From: Bacteroidia bacterium
GTDB lineage: Bacteria > Bacteroidota > Bacteroidia > UBA4408
Assembly (NCBI GenBank): GCA_044374175.1
Contig: JBILPB010000002.1
Location: 109 to 64,108 of the forward strand
DNA length: 64,000 bases
Direction of reading: 5' to 3'
Shown: in pieces, positions 1 to 9,642 of the stretch
How the letters are laid out: every line of letters begins with the position of its first letter
How positions within the stretch are numbered: position 1 is the first letter of the stretch
The notes under the pieces: model-generated
Databases searched by the model: none
The model's input: the letters and a program-made list of their open reading frames with translations, nothing else
What the model was told of the DNA's origin: nothing
Program-made: the position numbers and the translations under genes

Positions 1-3000
1 TTGTTGATGCAGTTGGGGCTGCATTAACAATTACATTGATGGTGTTTGAATTAATACTTCCACAACTATTGGTATTTGTTACAAAATAATTACCTGCTGT
101 TGTTACATTAATTGTTGAAGTTGTAGCTCCATTACTCCAGGTTCCACCATTGTTATTTCCTGATAAAGTAACAGTAGAACCTGTGCAAATAGTTGTTGCA
201 CCATTGGCAGAAATTACTGAAGGCGTTGGTAATGGATTTACAGTAACCGCAATTGAATTTGAGTTTATTGTTCCGCAATTGTTTGAGTTTGTTACAAAGT
301 AATTTCCACTTGCATTTACATTGATCGTAGCGGTTGTAGCTCCATTACTCCAGGTTCCACCATTGTTATTACCCGATAAGGTAACCGTATTTCCGGCACA
401 AAAAGTAGTTGCACCACTGGCTGAAATTGTTGATGCAGTTGGGGCAGCATTAACAATTACATTGATAGTATTTGAATTAATACTTCCACAACCATTAGCA
501 TTAGTAACAAAATAATTACCGGCACTAGTTACATTTATTGAAGAAGTTGTTGCCCCGTTACTCCATGTTCCTCCATTGTTATTTCCTGATAAAGTAACTG
601 TTGATCCGGTACAAATTGTTGTTGGTCCATTAGCTGTAATTGTTGCTGCTGTGGGCAAAGGATTAACTGTAACTGTTATTGTGTTTGAATTAATAGTGCC
701 GCAATTGTTTGCGTTGGTAACAAAATAATTTCCACTTGCATTTACATTGATGGTAGCTGTTGTAGCGCCATTACTCCAAGTTCCGCCATTGTTATTTCCC
801 GATAAGGTAACCATGTTTCCTGCGCAAAAAGTTGTAGCACCGCCCGCTGAAATAGTGGATGCAGTAGGAGCAGGGTTAGCAGTAACATTAATTGTATTTG
901 AATTGATAGAACCACAAGAATTACTATTGGTAACAAAATAACTTCCAGTTGTTGTAGCTGTTATTGTTGAAGTTGTAGCGCCATTGCTCCATGTACCACC
1001 ATTGTTATTTCCGCTAAGCACCGCAAAGCCTCCAGCGCAAAATGTTGTTGGGCCCCCAGCAGTAATCGTAGCAGCTACCGGTAACGGATTAACAGTAATA
1101 GTGATACTGTTTGAAGTTGCCGTTGGTATTGTGGCACAGGCACTATTGCTGGTAAGTACACATTTGAAAATATCATTATTTACTGCTGTGCTCGTAAGGT
1201 AAGTAACACTTGTTGCACCAGAAATAGGATTGTTATTTTTGTACCATTGATAAGCAGGAATAGATCCACCATTCACTGGTGTTGCAGTAAATGTAATGGC
1301 AGTTCCAGCGCATATGGTTGTGTTGGTAGCACTAATTGAAACGCTAGGTGTACTTGATGTATTAACGGTAATTGTAATGCTATTGCTTGTAATGTTATTT
1401 GTAGAAACACATCCAGCACTGCTTGTAAATATACAAGTTATAACATCATTATTTGCCAATGCATTGTTACTGTATGTTGATGAATTTGTGCCAACGGTAT
1501 TTCCATTTCTCTTCCAAACATAAGTTGGAGCGCTTCCTCCATTGGTGGCATTGGCCGTAAATGTAATGTTAGTGCCACTACAAATTACAGTAGCACTGGC
1601 CGTAATATTAATTGTTGGTGTAACGGATGGACTTACGGTAACAATAATTGAATTACTTGTACTTGGGTCAATAGCACAATTTTGGCTACTGGTCATAATA
1701 CATTTGATGGTATCATTATTAGCTAACGTTGAGGTGGTATAAGTAGCGCCAGTAGCCACATTCACTCCATTTTTTTTCCACTGATAAATTGGGGTTGTAC
1801 CTTGATTTACAGCGCTTGTAGTGAATGTAACAGAAGTGCCAGCACAAAAACTTGTAGATGACGCATTGATGGAAACACTGGCAGGACAATAATTTGCGCA
1901 AAGTGATGTATGTGCCCCAAGATGCGAGGCATCATCAATAGGGTATACATCCCACTCTGTGTTTGCCACAAACGTTCCATTTAAATTGCTCCCTTTTGAA
2001 ACGGTATTTTTACGTACAAGTGTTTTATCCAATGTAGATACCCCACCACTTGACCATTCTGTTCCTGGGTCTTCACCAATTTTACCAACAATATCAATCA
2101 GTTGCCCACCTTTTAATAAACCTATAGCATCATCACCATTAAAATTAAAACCAAATGTTTGATCCGCATTGTTTAAGATGCCTGCTACCGCAGATGGATG
2201 AGTAACCACATAAGTACTATTGGCCGCAAGTATTCCAGTTAATGTGGCTGACTGTGAGGGTGATGTACTTCCATTAGAATAAACTCCGATGCTGTATGTT
2301 GCTAGGTCAATATCAGCTGTTGTTGGATTGTAAATTTCAATAGCTTTATTGCTTGCAGAACCTTCGATATATTCAGAAATAAATAAATCGCCACATGTAG
2401 TCAAAGATGTTGGGGGTGGAGTTGGTGCTTTGCGATAAAGGGCCACGCTATGCGATTCTTTACAAACACTATATAAATCCATAATGCCATCACCGTCAAT
2501 ATCACCACCTTCAATTGATTCGGGATAGGGCACATTGGTGGCTAATGTTTTTTTAGTGAATGATTGACTGCCATTGTTTTCATACCAACTTACTTTATCA
2601 TCTGTTGCTGAGGTTGATGCTACATCAATATCTCCATCTCCATCCATATCGCCTGCAAATACATGTGTTGCACCTTGTGCGTTGTAATCAATAACATGTG
2701 GGGTGTGATTCGGATTTTCGTACCAAATAATATCATAGTCATTAAATCCTGAAGATAAAATATCAAGATCACCATCATTATCTATATCAATGGAGTAAAC
2801 AGAACTTGCACCTTGTGAATTACTATTAACCTGAATGTTATAGCCGTTGTGGACATCATGTAGTATAACTTTTTGAGAGCCACCGGTGCCCGAATAGGCT
2901 GCCACAACATCCATAAAATTATCCTGGTTATAATCCATTGCAAAAATCCCATTTGGAAAGGCATAATTACCATTTACTAAATGCTCAGTAAACACTTCAC

Positions 3001-4498
3001 TACCATTGTTTTCGTACCAATAAACAGCCGAAAGAGAATATGTTTCAACAGTTACTGACACTACATCCATATCACCATCAAAATCATAATCAACAGCAAA
3101 AACACCCTTTGGATCAACTATACTAAACACTATTCTATATACAAAATTTCCACCACCTTGATTTTCGAGCCAAACAATTTTATTTCCAACACCTTCGGTG
3201 TATAGCACATCCATATCGCCATCACCATCCATATCAGCAGCTCTCATTTCTTCGCCACCAAATGAATTATTGGTTGAAAATACTTTGATGGTGGTAAACT
3301 GGTCATTACCATCATTTCTGTAAAAGTAAACATTGAAATAGCCCACGGCCATTAAATCTACATCACCATCATTGTCAAAATCGCCATGGCAGGCCGATTT
3401 AGCGGTGTACATATAATAGTTTAATGCTTTTTTTGTAAAAGTTAATCCAGCATTGTTGGTGCAAAATTTCACTTCTTGGTTAGAAACGCCAATTACTTCT
3501 TTAAAACCATCACCTGTAAAGTCAGCAGCACCAACAGCTACCGGACTATTGATGAAGTTATCAATATACCCCATCCCAGTGTATGTTGCATTGCCATTAT
3601 TTTTTTGCCAAGTAATGTAATCATCGGCATAATTGGTAAAAATTAAATCTTTAAAATTATCATTATTCAAATCTGCCACTAAGAAATCGCGTGTGTATAC
3701 AGGGCTATATTGATTTGGAGTTAACACACCGGCTGCGTTTAAAATCCAACCTAAACCTCCATCACCAGCAAAGGTAATATCAATATCGCCATCATTATCA
3801 AAGTCAACCAATCTTAACGATCTAGGACCATCTAAAGGATGCAAAAATTGTTGAACGAACGTTTGACTTCCGTTATTGCGCAATAGAATGATACTGTCAC
3901 AAAGGATTCCAGAAGTAACAATATCTTTATCGCCATCAGTATCTACATCAAACACTCTAATAGAGGCTGCACCATCAAAATTACCTCTAATCACATTTTT
4001 AGTAAATACTTGACTTCCGTTATTTTGTAGCCAAAATACTTCATCACTATTATATCCTGTTGCAACCACATCTTGGTCGCCATCATTGTCAAAATCAATT
4101 ACATCTAAACCAGCACAACTGCCTGCAGCAGCAGTTAAGGTTGTCATTGCAAAATTTTCGTTGCCATCATTCTCTAACCAAATTATTTGATTTGTAGTGA
4201 ATGACGAAGCTACAATATCTTTATCGCCATCCCCATCCAAATCAACTACTTTAAAGGCATGTGTTTCATCAAAATCTTGAGTTATGGTATGGCTCGTAAA
4301 AACGCCACTGCCATTATTTTCTTGCCATTGTAAATTACTGATCCCACCAGTTAAAAAATCTTGGTCACCATCATCATCTAAATCGGCAATTTCCAAGGTT
4401 AGCGTGGTATAGGAGAGCAAATGTGTTTGATGGGTTTGTGCTGTTGCAAGCAGAGAAACCAGCAGAAAACAAAGGCAATTAAAGTAAAAATATTTCAT
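1..4498 (-). CDS. Large secreted repeat protein, C-terminally truncated by the window edge. It has FG-GAP/VCBS-like DxDGDGDxD beta-propeller repeats, a lamin-tail domain (LTD), and tandem Ig-like SxxxFCAGTSVTFT...YQWKKNG repeats. It is probably a T9SS cargo or adhesin.
   Basis: The ATG is at 4498 on the minus strand (plus-strand 'cat' at 4496-4498). I translated about 1500 aa by hand without meeting a stop. The N-terminus reads MKYFYFNCLCFLLVSLLATAQ (signal peptide). More than 12 D-x-D-G-D-x-D motifs are present (e.g. DLDGDGDKDIV, DFDNDGDQDVV). The LTD reads ISEYIEGSASNKAIEIYNPT. It is followed by about 6 Ig-like repeats with conserved Cys pairs. The 60-75 aa plus-strand ORFs at 321..2162 are antisense artefacts of these repeats. 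Confidence 0.7.
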   Translation of the reverse strand, partial: MKYFYFNCLCFLLVSLLATAQTHQTHLLSYTTLTLEIADLDDDGDQDFLTGGISNLQWQENNGSGVFTSHTITQDFDETHAFKVVDLDGDGDKDIVASSFTTNQIIWLENDGNENFAMTTLTAAAGSCAGLDVIDFDNDGDQDVVATGYNSDEVFWLQNNGSQVFTKNVIRGNFDGAASIRVFDVDTDGDKDIVTSGILCDSIILLRNNGSQTFVQQFLHPLDGPRSLRLVDFDNDGDIDITFAGDGGLGWILNAAGVLTPNQYSPVYTRDFLVADLNNDNFKDLIFTNYADDYITWQKNNGNATYTGMGYIDNFINSPVAVGAADFTGDGFKEVIGVSNQEVKFCTNNAGLTFTKKALNYYMYTAKSACHGDFDNDGDVDLMAVGYFNVYFYRNDGNDQFTTIKVFSTNNSFGGEEMRAADMDGDGDMDVLYTEGVGNKIVWLENQGGGNFVYRIVFSIVDPKGVFAVDYDFDGDMDVVSVTVETYSLSAVYWYENNGSEVFTEHLVNGNYAFPNGIFAMDYNQDNFMDVVAAYSGTGGSQKVILHDVHNGYNIQVNSNSQGASSVYSIDIDNDGDLDILSSGFNDYDIIWYENPNHTPHVIDYNAQGATHVFAGDMDGDGDIDVASTSATDDKVSWYENNGSQSFTKKTLATNVPYPESIEGGDIDGDGIMDLYSVCKESHSVALYRKAPTPPPTSLTTCGDLFISEYIEGSASNKAIEIYNPTTADIDLATYSIGVYSNGSTSPSQSATLTGILAANSTYVVTHPSAVAGILNNADQTFGFNFNGDDAIGLLKGGQLIDIVGKIGEDPGTEWSSGGVSTLDKTLVRKNTVSKGSNLNGTFVANTEWDVYPIDDASHLGAHTSLCANYCPASVSINASSTSFCAGTSVTFTTSAVNQGTTPIYQWKKNGVNVATGATYTTSTLANNDTIKCIMTSSQNCAIDPSTSNSIIVTVSPSVTPTINITASATVICSGTNITFTANATNGGSAPTYVWKRNGNTVGTNSSTYSNNALANNDVITCIFTSSAGCVSTNNITSNSITITVNTSSTPSVSISATNTTICAGTAITFTATPVNGGSIPAYQWYKNNNPISGATSVTYLTSTAVNNDIFKCVLTSNSACATIPTATSNSITITVNPLPVAATITAGGPTTFCAGGFAVLSGNNNGGTWSNGATTSTITATTTGSYFVTNSNSCGSINSNTINVTANPAPTASTISAGGATTFCAGNMVTLSGNNNGGTWSNGATTATINVNASGNYFVTNANNCGTINSNTITVTVNPLPTAATITANGPTTICTGSTVTLSGNNNGGTWSNGATTSSINVTSAGNYFVTNANGCGSINSNTINVIVNAAPTASTISASGATTFCAGNTVTLSGNNNGGTWSNGATTATINVNASGNYFVTNSNNCGTINSNSIAVTVNPLPTPSVISANGATTICTGSTVTLSGNNNGGTWSNGATTSTINVTTAGNYFVTNTNSCGSINSNTINVIVNAAPTAST

Positions 4499-4905
4499 AT
4501 TTTGAGCGAAATTAGAATGATATCATAAGCGAGCAAATGTAAAGCTTAATCTTTAATTATCGATTTTGCTACTAAGTTTTTAGCACATTGGATGGATTGT
4601 TAAATGTTAAATAACGAGGCATCATATACTTTTATTTATTTATCGCTTTGCAGCATTTAAAGGCAGGGTGTTTTCATTATACTAGGTAAATGATTTCGGG
4701 AACAATGTTCAAGTGCCAGATCTATTTCTAATTCTAGTACCTATAATCATTATATTATTGTTGGTGAAATAACAAGTACTTAAGATTTTGCCCCTTCTTG
4801 TAATTACAATTTTATTTGCTGAATTATATGAATACGGGCTTAAGTTAAAGTACTTTCAACTGCCGATTTTATATTTAATTAGAAAATATTTTTAATTAAG
4901 TATAA

Positions 4906-4921
4906 AAGTATTTAAATACTT
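4906..4921. promoter_or_regulatory. Perfect 16-bp palindrome AAGTATTTAAATACTT. It lies 15 bp upstream of the Rrf2 regulator start codon and is a candidate autoregulatory operator.
   Basis: The palindrome and its position were read directly from the sequence. Rrf2/NsrR-type regulators typically bind AT-rich inverted repeats that overlap their own promoters. Confidence 0.3.
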
Positions 4922-4935
4922 AATATATTTGTACT

Positions 4936-5367
4936 ATGATTTTTACTAAAACTTGTCAGGCGGCATTAAAGTCAATCGCATTTTTGGCTTCTGAAAATAA
5001 TGTTGAAGAGAAATATTCAGCAAAAGAACTATCAATGGCAGTTGAAGAAAACGACCATACACTCGGGAAAGTTCTACAATTGTTGGTTAAGCATGGAATC
5101 ATTAGCAGTTTGAAAGGTCCAAAAGGGGGCTTTTACATTGAAGGCAAACAATTGCAAATTCCGGTAATAGAAATTGTGGAAGCCATTGATGGCAAATTCG
5201 TATTTAATCAATGTGCCATGGGTTTTAGTAAATGCTCTGAGAAAAAACCTTGTGCCTTTCATAAAGAGTTTAAAAAGTCGAGAAAAATAATTGAAAATTT
5301 ACTTTTAGAGAACAATGTTTTGGATTTAGGAAAGGCCGATAATTCATTTAAACAAATATTAAAATAA
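4936..5367 (+). CDS. Rrf2-family transcriptional regulator, NsrR/IscR-like, with a three-Cys cluster ligand motif.
   Basis: The protein is 143 aa. It has an N-terminal wHTH of Rrf2 type (MIFTKTCQAALKSIAFLA...). Cys93-x6-Cys100-x5-Cys106 (QCAMGFSKCSEKKPCAFH) matches the Fe-S ligand spacing of NsrR/IscR. The gene lies in an NO-stress gene neighbourhood. Confidence 0.8.
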   Translation: MIFTKTCQAALKSIAFLASENNVEEKYSAKELSMAVEENDHTLGKVLQLLVKHGIISSLKGPKGGFYIEGKQLQIPVIEIVEAIDGKFVFNQCAMGFSKCSEKKPCAFHKEFKKSRKIIENLLLENNVLDLGKADNSFKQILK

Positions 5368-5373
5368 CACATC

Positions 5374-5967
5374 ATGCCAATAGAAATTAATGTATTAGTA
5401 GCTTGGGGTGCAATAACTAAGAAGTATAAAAAGGGTGAGTATATTTTTTTTGAAGGCGATGCACCAAACAATTATTTTCAAGTGATACAAGGAACAATTA
5501 AAATGTTTAATACAAATATTGACGGAAAAGAGTTTACACAAGCTGAATTTAAGGAAGGGAGTAGCTTTGGAGAACCTCCTTTATTTATAGAAGAAACTTA
5601 TCCTTGTTCTACCGTTGCCAGCGAAGACTCGGTGGTTATTAAAATTAATAAACAAAAGTATTTCGAAATTTTAAATGATTATCCTCCAATGCAACTCGAT
5701 TTAATTAAGGTTTTTGCACGCAGGTTATATAATAAGGCATGCACTGCCAGAGAAGTTATTAATAATAATCCCGAAACACGTATTTTATGTTTTCTAAATA
5801 CGTTTAAGAAAAAGTTAGAAGTCACAAGCAAACCAATAGAAATTCCATTTACAAGACAGGAAATAGCTAATTTCACAGGTCTAAGGGTTGAAACAGTGAT
5901 AAGAACCTTGGCGAAAATGAAAATAAAAAATAAAGTGAAAATTATTGAAAGAAAATTGATCTATTAA
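5374..5967 (+). CDS. Crp/Fnr-family transcriptional regulator. It has a cNMP-binding-like effector domain and a C-terminal HTH, and it lacks the FNR Cys cluster. It is probably of the Dnr/NnrR class.
   Basis: The protein is 197 aa. The beta-roll region reads GEYIFFEGDAPNNYFQVIQGTIKM...FGEPPLF. The HTH reads TRQEIANFTGLRVETVIRTLAKMK. The N-terminal 30 aa contain no cysteines. The gene sits 6 bp downstream of the Rrf2 gene and 1 bp upstream of the NnrS-like gene, so the three are operonic. Confidence 0.8.
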   Translation: MPIEINVLVAWGAITKKYKKGEYIFFEGDAPNNYFQVIQGTIKMFNTNIDGKEFTQAEFKEGSSFGEPPLFIEETYPCSTVASEDSVVIKINKQKYFEILNDYPPMQLDLIKVFARRLYNKACTAREVINNNPETRILCFLNTFKKKLEVTSKPIEIPFTRQEIANFTGLRVETVIRTLAKMKIKNKVKIIERKLIY

Positions 5968-5968
5968 G

Positions 5969-7183
5969 ATGATTTTTAAGTTCAAATTTTGGATTCATGT
6001 AGCTATAATTAATCTTTTGATAGTTGCTTTTTTGGGGGTTGTAATGCGCTATAAAATTGGCTTTGAATTTCCCTACTTGAATCAAAAGAATTTACAACAT
6101 GCACATTCTCATTTTGCTTTTGGTGGCTGGATATCGATGATGATTATGGTATTGATGCTTTATAGTGTTAAGGAAAAATTGTCGCAAGTCCAATTAAGGC
6201 AAATGAAGCCAATACTGTATGCTAATTTGATAACAGCATATGGTATGCTTTTATCCTTTGCATGGCAAGGATATGCTTTTTTTTCGATTGCTTATTCATC
6301 ACTATCAATCATAATTTCATTTTGGTTTAGTTATCAATTTTATGTTACTCTTAAATCTAGTGTTAATTTTCCAGGATTAAAGTGGATGTATGTGGCCTTG
6401 TTTTTTAACCTTCTTTCTTCATTTGGGACCTTAGCTTTAAGTTACATGATGGCCACCAGACAATTAGAGCAACATGCTTATTTAGTTTCGGTATATTGGT
6501 ATTTGCACTTTCAATACAATGGTTGGTTTTTCTTTGCTTGCGTGGGCTTATTTGTAAATTTTCTTTATTCAAAAGGGGTTGAGCTATCCAAAGAAAGCAT
6601 AATATTTAAATTGTTTGCATTGTCTTGTGTTCCTGCCTATGGTTTATCAGTCCTTTGGTTGAACCTGCCATTATGGATTTATTTGATTGTTGTTATTGCT
6701 GCTGTTGGTCAATTTTTAGGCTTATTTATCTTTCTAAAACAAATTATAGTATCAAGGTTCTGGGAAAAATTTAATTTGTCTTTTATAGCTAAATTTTTAT
6801 TAATTTTTGTAGGTACAGCACTTGCATGTAAAGTTACGCTTCAAGTAGGTTCAACTGTTCCCATAATAAGCAAATTTGCTTTTGGATTTAGACCAATTGT
6901 AATTGCATACTTGCACTTAGTATTGCTTGCATTTACTAGTGTTTTTTTAATTGTTTATGCCTACATGAATAATTTGATTGTTGAAACAAAACTGGCTCAA
7001 TTTGGCGTTATTATTTTCGTACTTGGAGTTTTGTTGAATGAAATCATTTTAGGTATTCAGGGTATTTTCTCGATAAGTTATACCATGGTTCCTTTTGCTA
7101 ACGAAATATTATTTATCATGGCATTGATGATGTTTGTGGGGCTAGTTTTATTAAATGTTTCCTTAGTAAAACAAAAGAATTAA
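5969..7183 (+). CDS. Polytopic membrane protein of about 12 TM helices with a conserved His cluster. It is a putative NnrS-family protein, which is a haem/copper membrane protein in NO-response regulons.
   Basis: The protein is 404 aa and highly hydrophobic. An HAHSHFAFGGW motif follows TM1 and further His residues are present. Its size and topology fit NnrS. The gene is operonic with the Crp/Fnr and Rrf2 regulators. I cannot confirm the assignment without an HMM search. Confidence 0.4.
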   Translation: MIFKFKFWIHVAIINLLIVAFLGVVMRYKIGFEFPYLNQKNLQHAHSHFAFGGWISMMIMVLMLYSVKEKLSQVQLRQMKPILYANLITAYGMLLSFAWQGYAFFSIAYSSLSIIISFWFSYQFYVTLKSSVNFPGLKWMYVALFFNLLSSFGTLALSYMMATRQLEQHAYLVSVYWYLHFQYNGWFFFACVGLFVNFLYSKGVELSKESIIFKLFALSCVPAYGLSVLWLNLPLWIYLIVVIAAVGQFLGLFIFLKQIIVSRFWEKFNLSFIAKFLLIFVGTALACKVTLQVGSTVPIISKFAFGFRPIVIAYLHLVLLAFTSVFLIVYAYMNNLIVETKLAQFGVIIFVLGVLLNEIILGIQGIFSISYTMVPFANEILFIMALMMFVGLVLLNVSLVKQKN

Positions 7184-7199
7184 GCTTAATTTAATCATT

Positions 7200-7213
7200 A
7201 TGATTTGAATCAT
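7200..7213. promoter_or_regulatory. FNR/Dnr-type box ATGATTTGAATCAT (TGAT-N4-ATCA core). It is centred about 57 bp upstream of the fasciclin gene start.
   Basis: The palindrome was read directly. It matches 8 of 10 positions of TTGAT-N4-ATCAA. The same half-sites (ATGAT...ATCAT) recur upstream of cyc-nosZ at 16285..16298. Confidence 0.35.
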
Positions 7214-7263
7214 AAATCAATTGTATTTAATCAATGACCTTTGTAGATATAATTTACAAAATC

Positions 7264-7815
7264 ATGAAAAATAAAGCATTCTTATTTACATTAGTTGTGG
7301 GCTTTGTCCTTTCTTCTTGCAGTAATAACGAAACAACTCCAGCAGTTAATGAAGCTGCCTCCTCAGAGGTTGGACCTGGTCAAAGTGCTGTTGTTGATGA
7401 AACATCGAGTCCAAATATTGTTCAAGTTGCAGTTGGAAGTAAAGATCACACAACATTGGTTACAGCTGTAAAAGCGGCAGAACTTGTTGATGCCTTAAGC
7501 AACGCTGGGCCATTTACCGTTTTTGCACCCACCAATGCTGCTTTCGAAAAGCTTCCTCCGGGAACTGTTGAAGGTTTGTTAGCGCCAGAAAAAAAGGAAG
7601 ATTTGGCTAATATTTTAGGTTATCACACCTATGTGGGAAGTCTTAAAACAGAGTATATGAATGACGGTCAAGAGTTTGATATGGTTTTTGGCGGTAAGGT
7701 AAAAATAACCAAAAAAGAGGGTAAAACTTTTGTAAATGGTTCAGAAATTCTCGCCTCAATTCCAACCTCAAATGGTATTATTCATGTTATAGGAGATGTA
7801 CTTTTGCCTAAGTAA
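7264..7815 (+). CDS. Fasciclin (FAS1) domain lipoprotein.
   Basis: The lipoprotein signal is MKNKAFLFTLVVGFVLSSC. The tracked ORF starts 30 nt earlier, at 7234. The FAS1 H1/H2 motifs TVFAPTNAAFEKLP and GIIHVIGDVLLP are present. Confidence 0.8.
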   Translation: MKNKAFLFTLVVGFVLSSCSNNETTPAVNEAASSEVGPGQSAVVDETSSPNIVQVAVGSKDHTTLVTAVKAAELVDALSNAGPFTVFAPTNAAFEKLPPGTVEGLLAPEKKEDLANILGYHTYVGSLKTEYMNDGQEFDMVFGGKVKITKKEGKTFVNGSEILASIPTSNGIIHVIGDVLLPK

Positions 7816-7833
7816 TTAGAGCTAAGCATAATT

Positions 7834-7867
7834 TAAAAAAAGGCAACTCAAACGAGTTGCTTTTTTT
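7834..7867. terminator. Bidirectional rho-independent terminator between the fasciclin gene and tnaA.
   Basis: The hairpin is AAAAAAAGGCAACTC-aaac-GAGTTGCCTTTTTTT, with a 9-bp GC-rich stem, a 4-nt loop, and A and T runs on the two flanks. The T run overlaps the tnaA stop codon. Confidence 0.55.
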
Positions 7868-9254
7868 ATGAAAGCTTTTCAAATAAGGCAGTAAAATGCC
7901 TTAAAAATTGAGGCTCATAGGTTATTTTGTATCCATGTTTTTGATTTTGTATTTCTAAAATTTCATCAAAAACTTCTAATACATAATCAATATGACTTTG
8001 TGTATAAACTCTTCGAGGAATAGCAAGACGTACTAATTCATTTTGAGCTGGAATTAATTGTTCATTTTCATCATACTTACCAAACATTACACTCCCAACT
8101 TCCACGCATCTTACGCCACCTTTAATATATAAATCACACACTAAGGCTTGCCCTGGGTATTCATTTACTGGAATATTAGGGTATAATTTTTTAGCATCAA
8201 TATACACTGCATGACCGCCAATAGGCCATACTACAGGGATGCCTTTTTCTTTCAATTTTTCCCCTAAATAAGTGGTGCTTTTAATTCTGTAATGTAAATA
8301 ATCTTTATCAAAAACCTCTTCAAGCCCTACGGCTAATGCTGCCATATCTCTGCCAGCCATTCCACCATAAGTTGTAAATCCTTCGGAAATGATGAGTAAA
8401 TTTTTGCATTTAACGCTTAAGGTTTCATCCTTTAAAGTTAGTAATCCACCAATATTTACCAGTCCATCTTTTTTGGAACTCATAATAAAAGCATCGCCAA
8501 GGGCAAGCATTTCTTGCGCTATTTCATAGTAGCTTTTATTTTGGTATTCAATTTCTCGGTGTTTGATAAAGTAACTATTTTCTGCTATTCGGCATCCATC
8601 AATAACCAGTAGCAAATTGTATTTATTGCAAATGTTTCTTAACGCTTTTACATTAGCCATGCTCACAGGTTGGCCTCCAGAAGAGTTATTGGTAACAGTG
8701 ATGATAATGGCAGCAATGTTTTCTTGGCCATGTTTTTGAATAAGCTGTTCGGTTTTGTCGAGATCAATATTTCCTTTAAATGGTAAATATTTTTCCAAAT
8801 CTTTTGCTTCATTAGGCATTACATCAATTGCTGTAGCTCCTGTAAATTCTATGTTAGCGCGTGTGGTATCAAAATGTGTATTGCTAATAAAAATTTTGCC
8901 TTTTCCACCTAAAATGCCATACAATATTCTTTCTGCGGCTCTTCCTTGATGTGTTGGTAAGATAAAAGGCATACCGGTTAATTTTTTAACAACCTTTTCT
9001 AAGGCTTCCCAACTTCTGGCTCCAGCATAACTTTCATCTCCAGTCATTATAGCAGCCCATTGATTATCACTCATAGCGCCTGTGCCACTATCGGTGAGTA
9101 AATCAATAAACACATCATTGGATGATAATAAAAATGGGTTGTAGCCAGCTTTTTTTAAAGCTATTGCTCTATACGATTCGGTTGTAATTTTTAGAGGTTC
9201 AACCATTTTTATTTTAAATGGTTCGCAAAGTGTTTTTTGTTTTTTATCTAACAT
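7866..9254 (-). CDS. tnaA: Tryptophanase / tryptophan indole-lyase (beta-eliminating lyase family). Tyrosine phenol-lyase cannot be excluded.
   Basis: The 462-aa protein is collinear with E. coli TnaA along nearly its whole length. Examples are FIDLLTDSGTGAM, PTHQGRAAE, SGGQPVSMAN, FIMSSKKD (the PLP-lysine region), TYGGMAGRDMAALAVGL and VLRHFTA. Confidence 0.85.
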   Translation of the reverse strand: MLDKKQKTLCEPFKIKMVEPLKITTESYRAIALKKAGYNPFLLSSNDVFIDLLTDSGTGAMSDNQWAAIMTGDESYAGARSWEALEKVVKKLTGMPFILPTHQGRAAERILYGILGGKGKIFISNTHFDTTRANIEFTGATAIDVMPNEAKDLEKYLPFKGNIDLDKTEQLIQKHGQENIAAIIITVTNNSSGGQPVSMANVKALRNICNKYNLLLVIDGCRIAENSYFIKHREIEYQNKSYYEIAQEMLALGDAFIMSSKKDGLVNIGGLLTLKDETLSVKCKNLLIISEGFTTYGGMAGRDMAALAVGLEEVFDKDYLHYRIKSTTYLGEKLKEKGIPVVWPIGGHAVYIDAKKLYPNIPVNEYPGQALVCDLYIKGGVRCVEVGSVMFGKYDENEQLIPAQNELVRLAIPRRVYTQSHIDYVLEVFDEILEIQNQKHGYKITYEPQFLRHFTALFEKLS

Positions 9255-9260
9255 AATTAA

Positions 9261-9638
9261 TTAGTAAATTATTTTTAATTGCATTACAGTTGCAATGCTA
9301 GTTGCTCTTTGTTTTGATTGTTCTGCTTTTTCACCTTCAAATAATTCATCAACAGTTGTTTTAAATAGCATTAACCAGTGATCAAAATGCACCTTACTCA
9401 TTGGACTTTTTTTGTGCAAATTTTGATGTTGTTGCATTGGATTGCCTTCATAAGTGCCAGTATTGAAAATAACATTTTCCCAAAAGTCATACATTTTTGG
9501 GAGATGTTTTTCCCAGTTTACATGAATTACGTCATTAAAAAAATAGCCAATGGTTGTATCTACTTTAACTTTTTCATAAAAGGTATTGATAAGCATTTCA
9601 ATATCTTGTCTATTTTTGATATCTGTTTTCATGGTCAT
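9261..9638 (-). CDS. Group III truncated haemoglobin (Ctb/HbP-like globin).
   Basis: The protein is 125 aa. Its spacing and motif pattern resemble Campylobacter Ctb (…LINTFYEKVKVDTTIGYFFN…W.KHLPKMYDFW…GNPMQQHQNL…FDHWLMLF…). The gene lies 6 bp upstream of tnaA and 4 bp downstream of the cupin gene. Confidence 0.65.
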   Translation of the reverse strand: MTMKTDIKNRQDIEMLINTFYEKVKVDTTIGYFFNDVIHVNWEKHLPKMYDFWENVIFNTGTYEGNPMQQHQNLHKKSPMSKVHFDHWLMLFKTTVDELFEGEKAEQSKQRATSIATVMQLKIIY

Positions 9639-9642
9639 TAGT

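Noticed and set aside
321-2162. Series of 60-75 aa plus-strand ORFs with repetitive VAPLLQVPPLL-like translations.
   Set aside because: They are antisense-frame artefacts of the Ig-like repeat region of the large minus-strand gene at 1..4498. The real coding frame is on the minus strand and is continuous.
5374-5967. An oxygen-sensing FNR assignment for the Crp/Fnr regulator.
   Set aside because: The N-terminal region has no Cys cluster. FNR needs Cys at about positions 20, 23, 29 and 122. I therefore left it as a generic Crp/Fnr, Dnr/NnrR-type regulator.
8755-8949. Tracked 64-aa plus-strand ORF.
   Set aside because: It lies antisense inside the well-supported tnaA gene.
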